Below, in pieces: positions 34,167-43,248 of a stretch of DNA of 53,359 bases; position 1 is the first letter of the stretch; each line of letters begins with the position of its first letter. This stretch comes from an uncultured Bdellovibrionales bacterium (GTDB lineage: Bacteria; Patescibacteriota; Minisyncoccia; Moranbacterales; UBA1568). Where the stretch lies: NCBI GenBank assembly GCA_964597355.1, contig CAZQWS010000006.1, positions 1 to 53,359 of the forward strand, written 5' to 3'. The notes beneath the pieces are model-generated. The model saw nothing but the letters and a program-made list of their open reading frames with translations, was not told the origin of the DNA and did no database searches. The translations under genes and the position numbers were made by a program.

Positions 34167-35942
34167 TTATTCTTTTATATCTTCCGTAGGATCATCATGC
34201 TCTTTGACAGATTCCTCCCGGGAGAAAAACTCTCGCAGAGTATAGCGTGGCGCCACTCGAGATCGAGGCTCTTTTGGTGGTTTGGAGAAATCCTGACGCT
34301 CGGCCGTGATCGCCTCTTCCTTTGGCAAAAGCTCGATAGCGGTAAGGGTGCCAAAAGAAGTTTTGGTTCCTACACTATAGTATGGAAGATATTTTTCTAA
34401 GGACTTCTCGTGAGGAGAACTCGTTCGAATAACAAGGAAATATACTCCTTCACGATAAATATTTGTTATACCGAGTGCGTCACTCTGTAGACCACGCTTA
34501 CTTATATGGTAATTGAGTGCTCGTTCATAGTGAGATTCACTCGCCATATAAATCGGCTGATTGGTTTCTCGGGAACGTTTTTCGAGAAAGTCCACAATGG
34601 CTTTTTGTTGCTCGAGAGTAACCCGCGTCGGCTCCTTGAGAATACGGTCAGGAGCGCTCATCACCGCTTCCGTCTTGGCACGCGATAATTCATCAAAACG
34701 AGCGAGGAGAAAATGAAGATTAGTGAAGATAAAAAGACCTAGCACTCCTACCATAAATCCCTTCCCGAGACGACCAGGCAAGAAAAGTTTTTGAAGGACA
34801 AGAATGAAACAACCCAACAAGAGGAAAAAGAGCGGGGCGTTTGGCAGAAAAAAACGAGGAGCGATGCCGTAAGAAAGCGGGAGGTAGAGTACAAAAGTGA
34901 CACCAAACCAAATAAGAGCCAAGAGAAGGAGGTCTTTCTTCCTTGTTTCTGTCTCTCGCCACCAGAGATACATGAGCGAAAGAAGAGCGAGGCCAAGGAG
35001 GATAACCGCTCCTACCCCATACCACTTTCCTTTGTCGCACTTCGCATCACAGATAGATCCAATCACTCCATTGGAAAGCACAATCGACGGGAAGGTAGCT
35101 CCTTCGAAACCCGTGAGAATCACAACGCTATGAAGCCCGAATTCACTTACATCTCGGACAGCTTTTTCGATAAGCGGGTGGTCTTCTTTTTCAGATTTTT
35201 CCGTCAAAGCCCCGATAAATTCACGAGCATTAGCACCTCCACTAGCCATTTCATTGAGCATCATCGGGAGATAAAGAAGAGCAACAATGGCGAGGGCTCC
35301 TCCCCAAAATTTGAGGGCTATCCTTGGCCGCTTTATCAAAAGGAATGCGACTGCAATCGTAGGGAGAGCCATGAAAGCCAGGAAATGCATATGTGTCGCC
35401 ATAGAGAGACCAAAGGCACTAAGAAAAAGCCAGCAGCCTTGATATTTTTCCTCGGCATCAACAGCTCGGAGCAGAGCATAGAAACCGAGCAGCGAGAAAA
35501 ACGGTACCAAATTGGGATTCCATGCAAAGCGGCCGTACATAACGAGAAAAGCCGATACGGAGAAAAGTGCCGTAAGGCCAAGTGAAAGAGGGACTGCAAA
35601 GAATCTGCGGGCCAGCAAATAAAAAAGCGGCAAAGTAAGGATAGAGAAGAAGGCTACCATAGCCGCTCCACCTACTACAGAATCACCCGTAAAAAGTCCG
35701 CCGAGATAGGTAAGCCAATAAAAGCCAGGACCCAAACGAAGGAAAGTTCCTCCTGCTCGGGGGCCGAGAAGCGGTAGGTCAGCTGCATCACCAGCGAGAG
35801 CCTGATCAATTACTTGGACATCTCGGGCTTGATCAAGCTCAAAGTGAAGCCAGTCGCCCAAGTTATATGTACGGAGGAATAGCCCCATCCCGATAATAAG
35901 CAAAAAAACTGCCCAAAATACTTGTTTTTTTGACCAATTCAT
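34167..35942 (-). CDS. GT-C glycosyltransferase (ArnT/PMT-like)
   Basis: HFELDQARD first-loop acidic motif, LLGP, GRFAWNPN, multi-TM core, RFFL, soluble C-terminal domain. Confidence 0.85.
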   Translation of the reverse strand: MNWSKKQVFWAVFLLIIGMGLFLRTYNLGDWLHFELDQARDVQVIDQALAGDAADLPLLGPRAGGTFLRLGPGFYWLTYLGGLFTGDSVVGGAAMVAFFSILTLPLFYLLARRFFAVPLSLGLTALFSVSAFLVMYGRFAWNPNLVPFFSLLGFYALLRAVDAEEKYQGCWLFLSAFGLSMATHMHFLAFMALPTIAVAFLLIKRPRIALKFWGGALAIVALLYLPMMLNEMASGGANAREFIGALTEKSEKEDHPLIEKAVRDVSEFGLHSVVILTGFEGATFPSIVLSNGVIGSICDAKCDKGKWYGVGAVILLGLALLSLMYLWWRETETRKKDLLLLALIWFGVTFVLYLPLSYGIAPRFFLPNAPLFFLLLGCFILVLQKLFLPGRLGKGFMVGVLGLFIFTNLHFLLARFDELSRAKTEAVMSAPDRILKEPTRVTLEQQKAIVDFLEKRSRETNQPIYMASESHYERALNYHISKRGLQSDALGITNIYREGVYFLVIRTSSPHEKSLEKYLPYYSVGTKTSFGTLTAIELLPKEEAITAERQDFSKPPKEPRSRVAPRYTLREFFSREESVKEHDDPTEDIKE

Positions 35943-36042
35943 GTGATTCCTTTTTGGAAGAAGTTACGCTATACTGAGCTCATTGAAGAAGCTTTTTTCT
36001 TCTTTAATTTTACGCTATTTTTCCTGATTGTCCACGATTTTT

Positions 36043-38292
36043 ATGCTCCAACCTCTTTCTCTTCTTTCTCTTCGTTTACTCCTTCTCTTCACCACCTATT
36101 GTTTTGTCGTCCAACCGTTTTGGCTCTTTTCTTTCCTCCAATGGTTCCCCAGTAATGAATTTTTCTATGCTATTTTTACTCTCCTCGGAGGCATAACGGT
36201 TTGGGTGACTTGGCGTCACCATCGCGAATTGAATGCCTCCTTCAAAAGTCTTCTCGTTTCCTTTTTCCCGGTGGCCCTCATCATTGGAGTCGGGCCTTTC
36301 TTTGCCCGGGAATTTCACTACCTCGTTCACCTTTCTGTCGGACTGTATACCATCAGTGTTTTGGTGTTCTGGGCCAGAAATTTCATCCGCCACGCCAAAA
36401 GTCAGGATGAAGACACAAGCGCACTCAAAGTTTTCTCCCCTTTCTCATGGAAGAAAAAGAGTAACCGCTTAGCCCTACTCTTTGTCACTATACTCACTCT
36501 CTCTTTCTTTGCTTTTGGATACCAAAATCTCACTCGTTTTGCCGCAGTTGACGAGCCGCTCTGGCTCGATGGTCGGATTGGCAATTTCTGGAAGCATCTC
36601 TCTCTCGAACACATGGACAAAACGCTTATCAGTGATAAGCCTGGGATCACCGTAGCCATCGCCAGCGGGCCCGGACTCTGGTTTGTCCACCCCAAAGACT
36701 ACCGTGATACCAGAAATGACTTTGAGACTAAGCACCCCGGCACCAACATAGAAGATCTCTACTTGGCCTTTCGCCTCCCTCTTCTCATCACCATTACCTT
36801 TCTTTTACCTCTGTTTTACCTTCTTCTCGCTCCTCTCGTAGGTACAAGTGCTGCTCTCTTTGGCTACACTGCCATCACCCTCTCGCCCGTCCTCATTGGA
36901 ATGAGTAAAATCGTCAATCCCGACTCGCTGCTTTGGGTCTTTGCCCCGCTTTCTTTCTTGGCCTATCTCGTTTTTCTGGAAAAAAAATCGTGGCGCTTCC
37001 TCATCCTTTCAGGAGTGTTCTTTGGACTCGCTCTCCTCACCAAGTACGTCGCTAATTTTCTTGTTGTCTATCTCTTTACTCTTTCTTTCCTCTATCCACT
37101 TTGGAAGCAAGGCGAGCATCTCACTTTGAGTTTTCTCTTCAAGGTGTTTCTTGTTTGGTTTGGTATTGGCATCGCCACCCTCTATCTCTTTGTACCTGCT
37201 TTCTGGGTAGCACCAAGTACTATTCTCGCGAGTACCATATTTAGCCAAGCCTTTGAAAAAGTCGCCTGGATTTTTATCACCCTCATGACCTTGGTATTCA
37301 TTGACCAGTTCCTGGTAAAAAGCCGGGTCAGTATTTTCTTCATTGACACCCTTAAGCCCTACGGTGGCATGTTCGGGAAAATTATCCTCGGATTTTTCGT
37401 TTTAGCTTTCGGCTTTGCTTTTTTGAATAGCCTCTTCGGTATGCCTTGGATTCATTTCAGCGAGATGCTTGCCTCTCCAAAAACTTCAGGACTCGATCAC
37501 ACCATTCGTCTTTTCTTTACTAATTTTTACCCCCTCGCTTTTGGAGTTGCTCCGCTTATCCTTCTCGGTATGAGTGCCGCACTCTGGCGAACATGGCAGA
37601 CTCATTTCCGCAGCTTCACCGCGCTCCATCGCCTCATCCTTGCTGTCATAGTATTTATTCCTCTGTATTATTTTGGTTCTACTGTTAACGGTGTAGTCCT
37701 CATCAACCGTTATCAAATCATGCTCTATCCTCTCCTTGCTCTTGTAGGAGGCATCGGACTTTTTATCCTTATTGAAGTTCTCTGGAAATATTTACGAAAA
37801 TCTCCACCCCCTACAGGTGCTTCTTTCGTTTTTCTTGCTGGCATTGGGTTTTTTCTTGCAATTTCTCCTCTTTTTACTCACTTTCCCCTCTCATACACAT
37901 CTTCCCTTCTCCCAAAGCCTTACTCAGTCGATGTTAAGGATATGGGTGCAGGAAGCTACGAAGCAGCCATGTATCTCAATAGTCTCCCTGATGCCAAAAA
38001 CACCACTATCTGGACGGATAAGAGTGGGGTATGTAAATTCTATGTTGGTCCATGTATCGATGGCTTTACGAAACGACATCTTCAAGAATATAAAGTGCGG
38101 TATATTGTTCTTTCTTCTGGCCGTCAGTCTCGCACTGAGAATCGATTCACTTCCGAAGATCACACCTTTAACCCCAATGACCTAGCCATTACTCGACTCA
38201 ATACTTACTATGGCCGCGAAGATGCCTTGCATACTATTAAAATCAATAATCGCCCTAGTCAATACGTAAAAATTTTCACACTCAATCAATAA
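36043..38292 (+). CDS. GT-C glycosyltransferase (ArnT/PMT-like) with extra N-terminal TMs
   Basis: AVDEPLW (DE motif), DKPGITVA, NPDS, LLTKY, RY, EAAMYLNSLP, CKFYVGPC. Start taken at ATG 36043. Confidence 0.85.
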   Translation: MLQPLSLLSLRLLLLFTTYCFVVQPFWLFSFLQWFPSNEFFYAIFTLLGGITVWVTWRHHRELNASFKSLLVSFFPVALIIGVGPFFAREFHYLVHLSVGLYTISVLVFWARNFIRHAKSQDEDTSALKVFSPFSWKKKSNRLALLFVTILTLSFFAFGYQNLTRFAAVDEPLWLDGRIGNFWKHLSLEHMDKTLISDKPGITVAIASGPGLWFVHPKDYRDTRNDFETKHPGTNIEDLYLAFRLPLLITITFLLPLFYLLLAPLVGTSAALFGYTAITLSPVLIGMSKIVNPDSLLWVFAPLSFLAYLVFLEKKSWRFLILSGVFFGLALLTKYVANFLVVYLFTLSFLYPLWKQGEHLTLSFLFKVFLVWFGIGIATLYLFVPAFWVAPSTILASTIFSQAFEKVAWIFITLMTLVFIDQFLVKSRVSIFFIDTLKPYGGMFGKIILGFFVLAFGFAFLNSLFGMPWIHFSEMLASPKTSGLDHTIRLFFTNFYPLAFGVAPLILLGMSAALWRTWQTHFRSFTALHRLILAVIVFIPLYYFGSTVNGVVLINRYQIMLYPLLALVGGIGLFILIEVLWKYLRKSPPPTGASFVFLAGIGFFLAISPLFTHFPLSYTSSLLPKPYSVDVKDMGAGSYEAAMYLNSLPDAKNTTIWTDKSGVCKFYVGPCIDGFTKRHLQEYKVRYIVLSSGRQSRTENRFTSEDHTFNPNDLAITRLNTYYGREDALHTIKINNRPSQYVKIFTLNQ

Positions 38293-38304
38293 CTCATTAT
38301 CTGT

Positions 38305-40209
38305 ATGTCGCGCTCTTTCGCTTTCAACCTTGCTTTTCTTACTGTTATTGTTTTCGCTAGTTTTGGCTTTTATCACCTTGGCAAATTTGAAACAACAGAT
38401 GAACACCTGTGGAAATACAAACGCATTGGTGACTATTGGGAAGGCTGGCGCGAGTGGAAGCTCGAGAAAACGTATATCAACGACAAACCCGGTATCACGG
38501 TGGCTCTTTTTTCCGGCTTTGGCCTCATCCCCGATGCTCATCCGGAACGAAGCGAACTCGTTCCCCTCTCCCCAGCAGAAGCTAAACTCTTTGAAGACTA
38601 TCGAGAAGATCAGACCGAACTCGTCAATGTACGTTTTCGTCTCCCGATCCTCATCGTGAGCGCCCTTGCGATCATCGCTTTCTTTTTTCTCATTCATCAC
38701 ATATTCCGCTCTTTCCCCATCGCACTCCTCACTACGCTCCTCATTGGCCTCAATCCGATCCTCGTTGGTATCGCCCAAGTGATCAATCCGGACAGCTTTT
38801 TTTGGCTTTTCGGATTTCTTTCAGTGCTCTGCTACCTTGGTTTTCTCTTCCACGATAAACCACGTTTTCTTTTGGCTACTGGTGTCATAACTGGTTTTGC
38901 CCTCCTCTCCAAATACACTGCCTTTCTCCTCTTTCCCCTCTTTGGACTTTTCCTTATAGGCTACTTTCTCTTTTTCACCGATGAACCACGAGCTATTCTT
39001 ACCCGTCAAACAGTAATGAAGCACACCATCGCTTTCCTCAAGATCTTCGGCCTAGCTGCTCTCACTTTCTTCATCCTTCTCCCTGCTACCTTCCTCGATC
39101 CGTCGCTCTTCTTCAAAGGAGCCTCTCAATTCCTTGACCCCAAAAATTGGCCTTACTGGATAGCGGGTCTTAGTCTTTTAGCTGCTTTTGTCTTTGCCGC
39201 CTGGAAATACGGCACCAATAGCCGCCTCCTCACCCTTCAAAACTGGGTCAAAAAACGCAGTCTCTTCATCACCCGAGGAGTAGTTCTCGTCTTGGGTACC
39301 ATCATCCTCCTTTCTCTCATCAATGTCTGGACTGGCCAAGCCCTCGCTCCCGTAGAAGCGCTTCGAGATGCAGCCTATGCCAATGAACCGCAAGCCTTTA
39401 ACTTTAAACCGGTCCTCGGGAAAACCGCACCACTGTATGAGAAGTGGTTCGAAGTTGGTCTCATGGAAATCTTCCCCTTCGTATTCTCGCTTACCCCCAT
39501 CCTCTTCCTCGGGCTCTTCCTCGGCCTTATCGGTTTGTGGACCAATATCTTTTCTCCCAGAGCCAAAGTAATTGTCTTCGCCGTATTTGCTTTTATCCTG
39601 CTTTATCTCTTCGCCACCTACCAAGCAAGAGTAGTCACCAATGCCCGCTACATGATCGCTCTCTTCCCCCTCATTGCCTTAGCTTCCGCTATCGCTCTTG
39701 ATGAATGGGTACGCCGTTTGGTGAAAGAAGAACTTCAGCAAAAAACCATCGTTAGGATCGCAGGTTTCCTCTTCCTCTTGGGGGGAGTTACTCTTTGGCA
39801 ACTGAAACCGTTTTATTTTAGCTACACTAACTTTCTCCTTCCCAAAGAACAATCCATCCATGACTCTTGGGGCCACGGGTTCTACGAAGCGGCCGAGTAT
39901 CTCAATAGTCTCCCCAATCCGGAAAAGCTCGTCATTTGGTCCAACAGTAATACCGTTTGCCGTTTCTTCGTCGGCCGTTGCCTTCAGTCACGTCAGATTG
40001 ACCTAGCTCAAGTGAAGCCTGACTATTTCGTTATGTCCAAACGCGGGGTCGTGAAAGTACGCAATCAGCCAGTGCTCAAGAACAATCCTTGGCCCAAGCG
40101 TGACACCGCCTATTACGTCGACAAAGTTCAAAATAATCCTGACTGGCAGCTCCTCATCAATGGCCGTCCCGACAACTTCGTGAACATTGTCCGGTTTGAG
40201 AAAGAATAG
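38305..40209 (+). CDS. GT-C glycosyltransferase (ArnT/PMT-like), paralog of the preceding gene
   Basis: TTDEHLW, DKPGITVA, NPDS, LLSKY, ARY, EAAEYLNSLP, CRFFVGRC. Confidence 0.85.
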   Translation: MSRSFAFNLAFLTVIVFASFGFYHLGKFETTDEHLWKYKRIGDYWEGWREWKLEKTYINDKPGITVALFSGFGLIPDAHPERSELVPLSPAEAKLFEDYREDQTELVNVRFRLPILIVSALAIIAFFFLIHHIFRSFPIALLTTLLIGLNPILVGIAQVINPDSFFWLFGFLSVLCYLGFLFHDKPRFLLATGVITGFALLSKYTAFLLFPLFGLFLIGYFLFFTDEPRAILTRQTVMKHTIAFLKIFGLAALTFFILLPATFLDPSLFFKGASQFLDPKNWPYWIAGLSLLAAFVFAAWKYGTNSRLLTLQNWVKKRSLFITRGVVLVLGTIILLSLINVWTGQALAPVEALRDAAYANEPQAFNFKPVLGKTAPLYEKWFEVGLMEIFPFVFSLTPILFLGLFLGLIGLWTNIFSPRAKVIVFAVFAFILLYLFATYQARVVTNARYMIALFPLIALASAIALDEWVRRLVKEELQQKTIVRIAGFLFLLGGVTLWQLKPFYFSYTNFLLPKEQSIHDSWGHGFYEAAEYLNSLPNPEKLVIWSNSNTVCRFFVGRCLQSRQIDLAQVKPDYFVMSKRGVVKVRNQPVLKNNPWPKRDTAYYVDKVQNNPDWQLLINGRPDNFVNIVRFEKE

Positions 40210-40215
40210 TAAGTG

Positions 40216-40370
40216 TATAATCCGGACTTGCACGATTGAACGGAAAAATTCACACCGAGCCAATCGCCGTGAAGTGAGCATGGATTATAAAGAATATCAG
40301 TCTACGCTCAAACACCCTTCTCTTACCACGCGTTTTGTGAATTTTGAGTACAAACGCGCAAGTCTGATAT
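40216..40370. other. Two long interrupted hairpins filling a convergent intergenic gap
   Basis: TATAATCC/GGATTATA (40216-40289) enclosing ACTT(G)CACG/CGTGAAGT, ATTG/CAAT and CGG/CCG; ATATCAG/CTGATAT (40294-40370) enclosing CGCGTTTTGT/ACAAACGCG. Confidence 0.55.
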
Positions 40371-41321
40371 CTAAAGAGTAGATCCTTCAACTTTTTTCCG
40401 TTCTTCCAAGTAGGCTGGCAATGCAAGGAAGGAGAGAAGCATCTGGAGAAAGCGCGAGAGAAGCGCTGCGGTGACAGCCATTTCGGCCGACACTCCTACC
40501 AAACCAAAGACAAAAATATATGACCATTCCTTGACGCCGATGTTATTGATTGAGATCGGAATATTGGCGAGCAAGGTAGCGAGGAAAATACAACCGAGAA
40601 AGGCGCCGAGAGAAAGTTCGAGGCCGATGCTTTGCCACAGCGCCCAATTGCTGAGGCTCACCCCAACAATAAGAAACAAAAAAGAGAAGCCAAGGGCTTT
40701 GAGGTAGAGCCTCGTTTCAGCCAAAGGTTCAAGCCGTTCCAATTGGGTACGGACTTTTTGCCATGGCAACCAACCGGCCACGGTAAGGATGAGTTCGAAA
40801 AATCCCGTAATCGAAATGAGCGAAAACAAAGCAAAAATTGCGGCAGCGAGCATGAGTATCCCTACTATAATAAGTATCGGCTGCTGCAAGAAATACTCCA
40901 CGGGGATGAAAAATAAGGAGAGGGTCGAGAGGAGAAAGAGTGAGAGGAGTCCACTCAAGCGATCAAAGAGAACTACCCCAAAGGCTTCAAAACGCTTACC
41001 CGGCTCACTCATCCACATGGTGCGATAAGTATCACCACCAATAGTCGAGGGAAGAAAATTATTGATAAAAGCCCCAGCGAGGTAGTGAAGGAATCCTTGG
41101 CGAAGCGAAAAAGTAAATCCTTGCGTACTAGCCAAGTACTGCCACTTCCATGCTGAAAGCCAAGTTCCGGTAAGTTGGAGCACGAGATAAATTCCAATAA
41201 AAGGAAGAGACACGTTTTCAAGCGTCTTCCCCACCCCTACCCAATCCACCTCCCTTACCAAGAGCCACACCAAAATAAGAGTCACTACTCCTTTTCCCAT
41301 TTTGATAAGGTTTTTACTCAT
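40371..41321 (-). CDS. Lysylphosphatidylglycerol-synthase-TM / UPF0104 flippase-like membrane protein
   Basis: AWKWQYL, NNFLPSTIGGD, LFDRLSG, PISINNIGVKE; ~8 TM. Confidence 0.88.
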   Translation of the reverse strand: MSKNLIKMGKGVVTLILVWLLVREVDWVGVGKTLENVSLPFIGIYLVLQLTGTWLSAWKWQYLASTQGFTFSLRQGFLHYLAGAFINNFLPSTIGGDTYRTMWMSEPGKRFEAFGVVLFDRLSGLLSLFLLSTLSLFFIPVEYFLQQPILIIVGILMLAAAIFALFSLISITGFFELILTVAGWLPWQKVRTQLERLEPLAETRLYLKALGFSFLFLIVGVSLSNWALWQSIGLELSLGAFLGCIFLATLLANIPISINNIGVKEWSYIFVFGLVGVSAEMAVTAALLSRFLQMLLSFLALPAYLEERKKVEGSTL

Positions 41322-41353
41322 ACCCAGAAGTTTTTTATTATTGATAGCTTACC

Positions 41354-41413
41354 ACTTTATGTCTCATCTAAGCCATTTTTACCATTGACTTTTCCATAAA
41401 AACATGCTATCAT
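41354..41413 (+). promoter_or_regulatory. Cassette-3 left element and sigma70 promoter
   Basis: ACTTTATGTCTCATCTAAGCCATTTTT (22/27 identical to 42441-42467); TTGACT 41385-41390, N17, TG-C-TATCAT 41405-41413. Confidence 0.75.
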
Positions 41414-41495
41414 TATAAGTTGCGTTACCAAAGCGCGACACAGTCCCCTTACCGTAAGGTAAGGTGTTGAAAATTCTTCTCTGAAGGAAAGCTAG

Positions 41496-42359
41496 ATGCC
41501 CACCATCGTCTCCCGTCTGTTCCAAGCCGGCGCCACTGCCCAGTCGTACGACATGAGCAAGTTCGCCGGCCCCGCCAAAGCATTCCGCAACATCCTCCGC
41601 TCTGACGACGTCGAACGTCTCATCATCGTGACCAACACCGAACCCGGCAACAAGCTGGCTGAGGTGGTGGACAACGAGGGAGTTGCTCCGACGACTCTCG
41701 CAGTGCGGAGCGAGTTCGCTGCCGAAGGTGACCGGGTCGTCGCCGTCCAGTACGACCAATGGGGCAAGAACCCCGGTTCGGCAATGGCAGTCACCTACGG
41801 CTGCCAGGAAGCCATCCGGCGGGGTGAGAAGAGCTACATCATGCCCTGGTCTTCCGAGCTGGCGGTTACGCCAACCCACATCGCCCGCGCACTGACTTTC
41901 GCCGAATCGCGTGCCCTCGATGTCGTGGGGTTCCACCGTGAAAACTGGTTCCACAAGCTCCAGTATCACGTGTTCCAGAACACCGGCGCCATCTACACGG
42001 TCGAGACGCTCGTCAAGAACGACTTCTTCTCGGCCGATTGCGACGGCAACACCGGTCGGACCCTGGAAGTGCCTGGCTTTGGCATCGTGCCGCTTGCTGG
42101 GATGGACGATTTCCACTTCCTCTTTCGTGCCCTGAAGAACCAGGGCAGCATCCGCTGGGGCATGGTGGGCCGCAGCGCACCTCTGCCGTGGAACGTCAAC
42201 TTCGAACCCGGCAGCCAGCGGGCGTTGCAACACCTCCAGAAGGTGGCTCGCCAGGAAGCAGTCATGTACCAGTACATGGCGGACATCCTGGGCGCAACTG
42301 ATCAGATCACCCAAGGTGAGGTCCTCAACCGCATTTTCGCGGCCATGCAGATGGACTAA
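41496..42359 (+). CDS. GC-rich protein, probably a highly divergent GT-A (GT2-like) glycosyltransferase
   Basis: RLIIVTN, GSAMAVTYGCQEA, YIMPWSSE and GMDDFHFLFRAL match the order of GT2 motifs; SD AAGGA; spot count 40/60 GC in line 41881. ORF is solid, function tentative. Confidence 0.55.
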   Translation: MPTIVSRLFQAGATAQSYDMSKFAGPAKAFRNILRSDDVERLIIVTNTEPGNKLAEVVDNEGVAPTTLAVRSEFAAEGDRVVAVQYDQWGKNPGSAMAVTYGCQEAIRRGEKSYIMPWSSELAVTPTHIARALTFAESRALDVVGFHRENWFHKLQYHVFQNTGAIYTVETLVKNDFFSADCDGNTGRTLEVPGFGIVPLAGMDDFHFLFRALKNQGSIRWGMVGRSAPLPWNVNFEPGSQRALQHLQKVARQEAVMYQYMADILGATDQITQGEVLNRIFAAMQMD

Positions 42360-42371
42360 GTCCACACCTTG

Positions 42372-42434
42372 ACCTTCGAAGGTAGGAACAAAAAGAGCCG
42401 GCACGTGAACCACGTTGCCGGCCTCTTCTTTTTT
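42372..42434 (+). terminator. Double-hairpin terminator of cassette 3
   Basis: ACCTTCGAAGGT palindrome, then AAGAGCCGGCA-CGTG-AAC-CACG-T-TGCCGG-C-CTCTT followed by CTTTTTT. Confidence 0.8.
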
Positions 42435-42440
42435 ATGTTA

Positions 42441-42513
42441 ACTTTATGGCTCCCTAAAGCCATTTTTTGATACTATCTCATCAGTTGACTTTTTTATATA
42501 AATATGCTAGTAT
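42441..42513 (+). promoter_or_regulatory. Cassette-4 left hairpin and sigma70 promoter
   Basis: ATGGCT-CCCTAA-AGCCAT-TTTTT; TTGACT 42485-42490, N17, TG-C-TAGTAT 42505-42513. Confidence 0.78.
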
Positions 42514-42630
42514 AGCATGTCACGCTGGAAAAGGCGTGCCAAGAGTCATCCTGCTCCCAAGCAGGGTTTACAACCAGTAAGCTTGTAGGGCATACTTAGA
42601 AGCCCTCAAGCCTACCCTCTGGAGATGTTC

Positions 42631-43113
42631 ATGTACAACCTGGCGATCCGCCTGACCGCAACGGAAGAGATCGAGATGTTCGAATGGCTGCGGGCGTATT
42701 TCAACCTCCCGGCCGACCTTCCGCTTGGCCTGTCGGAAAAAGGTGAGCCCCAACCCATTGGCAAGGCCGTGACCACCCTGGTCTGGGGAGCTTTCGGGAT
42801 GGTGCAAGTTCACCAAGAAGAAATGGGGTCGGATCTCACCCAGATCTACGAGACCGGCCTCCAAGAGCTCCTGGACGCCTTGGCCAAAGAAGCCGCAAAG
42901 AGCGAATCCCCAGCGGACCGCGCCTTTGCCGAAAGCGCGTTCGAGGCATACACTATGGAACGCGAAGCCATGCTTCGCATCGCTCAGGGACTACCGGACG
43001 TCATCCCGGAAATCAACCGGCGCTACTACGGCGCCCAGGATGCTTTCCACTTCTTCGAGAGTCTCGTGACAGGTCAGCAGCACGACCTCTTCCTGGTTCT
43101 GGCAAGAACCTGA
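42631..43113 (+). CDS. GC-rich hypothetical protein (160 aa, acidic, probably helical)
   Basis: GGAG at 42621-42624 is correctly spaced for ATG 42631; spot count 36/60 GC in line 42901; no recognised motif. Confidence 0.7.
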   Translation: MYNLAIRLTATEEIEMFEWLRAYFNLPADLPLGLSEKGEPQPIGKAVTTLVWGAFGMVQVHQEEMGSDLTQIYETGLQELLDALAKEAAKSESPADRAFAESAFEAYTMEREAMLRIAQGLPDVIPEINRRYYGAQDAFHFFESLVTGQQHDLFLVLART

Positions 43114-43195
43114 CAGCCAGGTTCTGGACGGCTGGAAGAGGACTGCAGCACGACCGAAAAAGCCGGATGAACGATAACTACGTTCCCCGGCTTTT
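43114..43195. terminator. Double-hairpin terminator of cassette 4 (possibly bidirectional)
   Basis: CAGCC/GGCTG (43114-43134), then AAAAGCCGG..GAACG/CGTTC.CCGGCTTTT (43158-43195). Confidence 0.78.
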
Positions 43196-43248
43196 GACTT
43201 TTTATGTCCAATTTTCCTTGTGAATCTGCGTGAAATAACGCTCGGAGG

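Noticed and set aside
3039-43208. Classical integron with attC sites
   Set aside because: No integrase, no GTTRRRY/RYYYAAC-bounded attC hairpins recognised, and each cassette has its own promoter; kept only as an analogy.
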